Below, piece by piece: positions 59,460 through 64,000 of a stretch of DNA of 64,000 nucleotides. Below the pieces are notes generated by a model. The model was given only the letters and a program-made list of their open reading frames with translations. It was not told the DNA's origin and did not search any database. The stretch is from Eledone cirrhosa (taxonomy: Eukaryota). The DNA is taken from NCBI GenBank assembly GCA_964016885.1, contig OZ024755.1:36704001-36768000 (forward strand), given 5' to 3'. The first letter of the stretch is position 1; the number at the start of each line of letters is the position of its first letter. The translations under genes and the position numbers were made by a program.

Positions 59460-61336
59460 CACCCCTTCCTTCCTCAGTCGATGTTATCACCCCTTCCTTC
59501 CTCAGTCGACGTTATCACCCCTTCCTTCCTCAGACGACGTTATCACCCCTTCCTTCCTCAGTCGACGTTATCACCCCTTCCTTCCTCAGTCGACGTTATC
59601 ACCCCTTCCTTCCTCAGACGACGTTATCACCCCTTCCTTCCTCAGTCGACGTTATCACCCCTTCCTTCCTCAGTCGACGTTATCACCCCTTCATTCCTCA
59701 GTCGACGTTATCACCCCTTCCTTCCTCAGACGACGTTATCACCCCTTCCTTCCTCAGTCGACGTAATCACCCCTTCCTTCCCCAGTCGACGTTATCACCC
59801 CTTCCTTCCTCAGTCGACATTATCACCCCTTCCTTCCTCAGTCGCCGTTATCACCCCTTCCTTCCTCAGTCGACGTTATCACCCCTTCCTTCCTCAGTCG
59901 ACGTTATCACCCCTTCCTTCCTCAGTCGACGTTATCACCCCTTCCTTCCTCAGTCGGCGTTATCACCCCTTCCTTCCTCAGACGACGTTATCACCCCTTC
60001 CTTCCTCAGACGACGTTACCACCCCTTCCTTCTTCAGTCGACGTTATCACCCCTTCCTTCCTCAGACGACATTATCACCCCTTCCTTCCTCAGTCGACGT
60101 TATCACCCCTTCCTTCCTCAGACGACGTTACCACCTCTTCCTTCTTCAGTCGACGTTATCACCCCTTCATTCCTCAGTCGACGTTATCACCCCTTCCTTC
60201 CTCAGTCGACGTTATCACCCCTTCCTTCCTCAGACGACGTTATCACCCTTCCTTCCTCAGTCGACGTTATCACCCCTTCCTTCCTCAGTCGACGTAATCA
60301 CCCCTTCCTTCCTCAGTCGACGTTATCACCCCTTCATTCCTCAGTCGACGTTATCTCCCCTTCCTTCCTCAGTCGACGTAATCACCCCTTCCTTCCTCAG
60401 TCGACGTTATCACCCCTTTATTCCTCAGTCGACGTTATCTCCCCTTCCTTCCTCAGTCGACGTTATCACTCCTTCCTTCCTCAGTCGACGTTATCTCCCC
60501 TTCCTTCCTCAGTCGACGTAATCACACCTTCCTCCCTCAGTCGACGTTATCACCCCTTCCTTCCTCAGTCGACGTTATCACCCCTTCCTTCCTCAGTCGA
60601 CGTAATCACCCCTTCCTTCCCCAGTCGACGTTATCACCCCTTCCTTCCTCAGTCGACATTATCACCCCTTCCTTCCTCAGTCGCCGTTATCACCCCTTCC
60701 TTCCTCAGTCGACGTTATCACCCCTTCCTTCCTCAGTCAACGTTATCACTCCTTCCTTCCTCAGTCGACGTTATCACCCCTTCCTTCCTCAGTCGACGTT
60801 ATCACTCATTCCTTCCTCAGTCGACGTTATCACCCCTTCCTTCCTCAGTCGGCGTTATCACCCCTTCCTTCCTCAGACGACGTTATCACCCCTTCCTTCC
60901 TCAGACGACGTTACCACCCCTTCCTTCTTCAGTCGACGTTATCACCCCTTCCTTCCTCAGACGACATTATCACCCCTTCCTTCCTCAGTCGACGTTATGA
61001 CCCCTTCCTTCCTCAGACGACGTTACCACCCCTTCCTTCTTCAGTCGACGTTATCACCCCTTCCTTCCTCAGACGACGTAATCACCCCTTCCTCCCTCAG
61101 TCGACTTTATCACCCCTTCATTCCTCAGTCGATGTTACCACCCTCCCTTCCTCAGTCGACGTTATAACCTCTTCCTTCCTCAGTCAACGTTATCACCTCT
61201 TCCTTCCCCAGTCGACGTTATCACCTCTTCCTTCCTCAGTCAACGTTATCACTCCTTCCTTCCTCAGTCGACGTTATCACCCCTTCATTCCTTAGTCGAC
61301 ATTATCACCCCTTCCTTCCTCAGTCGCCGTTATCAC
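59460..61336. repeat. 28-bp minisatellite TCACCCCTTCCTTCCTCAGTCGACGTTA, about 67 units
   Basis: Period 28 (59487, 59515, ...). Confidence 0.97.
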
Positions 61337-62079
61337 ATTAATCTAAGTTGCTCATAGTTTTCGAGAAAAACCTTTCTTTCGCCAATACACCGCAACCAGG
61401 GACGCAGCTCATTTTAGCCGTCTCTTCTATCGACTATCGGTATTACAAATATTATTCTCTCTACGTGTGTCAGAAATCCTTCCATTTACCCTGCCTGAGG
61501 CCCCCTCCCCTTTTCTACGTACCACTAGCTCTATCTACTTCGTTCCAATTTTTTATTTTATCTTTCTCGGAAAGACTTGCCATCTTCTGGAATTTCCAGT
61601 TCGTGAACCTTTTTAATGTAGAAGTTGGGTCACAGAGTTTAGGCCCTAGAGGCTTAGAGGGCACCACTTGCTCCAATTTGACTGATAAAAATATGTATCG
61701 AGAACTGTCAAACAAATTTCGGATTTTAATGCATTTCATTTTGTCTTCGAAACATTAATATCTCTGCAATAATTTTCTTAAAGGTCCAAAAAATGTCTTA
61801 AGAATAATAGATAACCTTTGGAATATTAGTTAACGGACTCCGTTAGTGATAGACGGAGGGGCATAACGTAAACCACTGACATTACCAACAGAGAAATCAT
61901 TTCATATAATGGATTAAGGATTAGGAACGTAGGGTTATTAATCCTTAAGGAAATATTATTACTGAAAAACAGACATAATTACTGAATTGCTCACATACAT
62001 ATTAACTGAATTTTAAGATTTTAATATGATTGTTAGCATCCGCTATGTGTATTGATTTAAAAGAAAAGAAATATGTCTT

Positions 62080-62466
62080 GACTGTGTTAATTGGACGACA
62101 AGGTTACTTAAGAAGCTCTCTACATTCCAGAACCACATCATGAACCTTATGACTGGTAAGCAACTCAGCAACCGTATCTGTATCAGTGAGCTGCTCAACA
62201 TTACCAAACTCAGACCAATTACATCAAGTATCAAGTCAAGAGTACTCAAACTATACGGTCATATAAAAAGATCAACTCGTGGTGTGAGTAGGTTATGCCT
62301 GGAAGGAAGGTTGGCTGGTAAGAGAAGCAGAGGCCGGCAACCAAAACGATGGCTTGATAATGTCAACTTATGGACTGGCTGTTGGTGATCGAATTTTGTG
62401 GAGAGAGATATCACATGTTAATGTGCAGTCTCTAACTAGCGGAGTTTAGCGTCACAAGAAGAAGAG
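62080..62466 (+). mobile_element. RTE LINE 3' fragment with (GAA)n tail
   Basis: IKSRVLKLYGHIKR..CLEGRLAGKRSRGRQPKRWLDNV..WTG. Confidence 0.85.
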
Positions 62467-63526
62467 TTATAATTCTTAATACCAATATCTATAAATGCTT
62501 TCCAATTATAACCACAAGAGTATACACCTTACCATCTCTTTAAAACTTGGATGAATATGTTTAGATCTTGCTAAAATGTTTAAGAAATAATTTGATTGGC
62601 GTCATAGTATGTCTGAAAGTTATTTCTTATTACGCATAAACACAACAGTCCTGATATTTTAGAGCAGAAGACAATTTATATCACTCATTCTAAGTGGGAA
62701 ATAGATAAACCCATTCATTCGAAATCTACATAGAACACACAATCGAAATATAGAAACTAAAGTTATACAATCCTCCCTGGAAATGTTGTCAATAGTAGTG
62801 TTAGCTGACTGTTTTAATGCGAGTGTGTAAAGCATGTTACATCATAATTTGCCAATCGGTAAATTTTATATATTCATAATAGAAGATATTTGGTATCCTC
62901 ATATTCCATGATATACCTTCTTTGTATATTTTTATGTTGTTGTAACATAAATCAGAAAAAGATAGTCAACTTAAAAACGTAGTTAATTTGCTTAAGTTTC
63001 GATACGCAACCATTTTGTTACATGAATATTGAATCATATTAATGTTTTCCTGTTTGACATAAAGACAAGTAAAGAAAATCTTTTAGTTAATGTTAATTAT
63101 ATGAGTGAAGTAACTTATTTCCAATCAAATATTTTCAATTCCTGTTCCAAATTAATGTATAACTTTATCTCATTTTCCTATAAATCAACTTTGACAAAAT
63201 CAATTGCAACATATTGAAGCAGATAAATTATATATAAAGTAACTGCCCATTTCTCAGCCAATTCAATAATTCAAACAATTTTACGGGGTAATCACGGTTA
63301 TTGGATATTAGCACAATGGTGTGACTCGATTTTTGCGGCTGTTTAAATTTGCAATTTCTCGTTTTTAATAGATATCCAATATGTTTATGTCATTAAACCA
63401 CACAAAATCCTATACTAAGCCACAATTTTACTGGGTTGTTTGCTTAACATTAGAATATTTTAACGGCTATTCGGAACATGGTTCAACCATGGTTCAACCG
63501 AACTGATAAAATAAAATAAAGTATAG

Positions 63527-64000
63527 AACCTGTCTCATGGTCGGGTCGTTGGCGACTAAACTGGCAACCCCACCAAGGTTTCTTGGTGAGGAGGGTGACT
63601 TTGGACATCCTGCAGGACTAAAAACAAAACCTGTCAAAGGGTAAAGGAGCTCTTAAGAGTCAATGGCCATCCAAAATCACCGGGAGAGATGACCCCTTAG
63701 CCTTTGTCAAGGCAGAATTCTAGGAGAAGGAAAACTCTGATATAACACCTGCAACTCTGATGGTATCCAATGATGTTGACTTGTTCTTCTTTTTGGTAAA
63801 TATCATCTTGGTTAAGAGAGTGGGACTGGCTTTGTGCAGTGCCTTTGCTCACTATAAAAGCTTCACGGCACAGGCATTGCTTTATATCTGGAGATCTCTC
63901 TGCACTTGTCGTCACATGGTACCATGGGCCCAGTACTATGTGTCAATAATTGTCACAAGTGTAGTGTTTGTACCAGAGTTTTCAAGTCGCTGGCTGGACT
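63527..64000 (+). mobile_element. Third copy of the RTE-5'UTR-like non-autonomous element (runs off the window)
   Basis: Near-identical to 23495-23965. Confidence 0.8.

Noticed and set aside
59332-60521. 357-aa and 144-aa repetitive ORFs
   Set aside because: Products of a 28-bp repeat (not a multiple of 3) cycling through frames

Overview
AT-rich, microsatellite-dense animal DNA, most likely a cephalopod (octopus-like), judged from the SINE families (inference). No host exon is recognisable; the window is almost entirely nested mobile DNA. It holds Penelope-like elements (PLEs, RT plus C-terminal GIY-YIG) at 35060-38765 (+), 47525-50497 (-) and 1780-3120 (+); RTE, CR1, Tx1 and Ingi/I-type LINE fragments; a decayed Chapaev3-like DNA transposon; hAT and Tigger-like MITEs; about 15 tRNA-derived SINE copies; and 73-, 28- and 17-bp minisatellites. 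The main signal comes from reading both strands by hand: more than 25 minimal type I hammerhead ribozyme (HHR) motifs, almost all in short modules inserted into (TA)n tracts. Three non-coding families (310, 341 and about 430 nt monomers, one HHR each) occur as head-to-tail multimers or 1.3-mers with an inverted segment. They include a perfect 8 x 310 bp array and a diverged copy with compensatory base changes. They look like non-LTR retrozymes (ribozyme circular RNAs copied by PLE machinery) that target TA microsatellites. All folds were done by eye; coordinates are approximate to a few bases.
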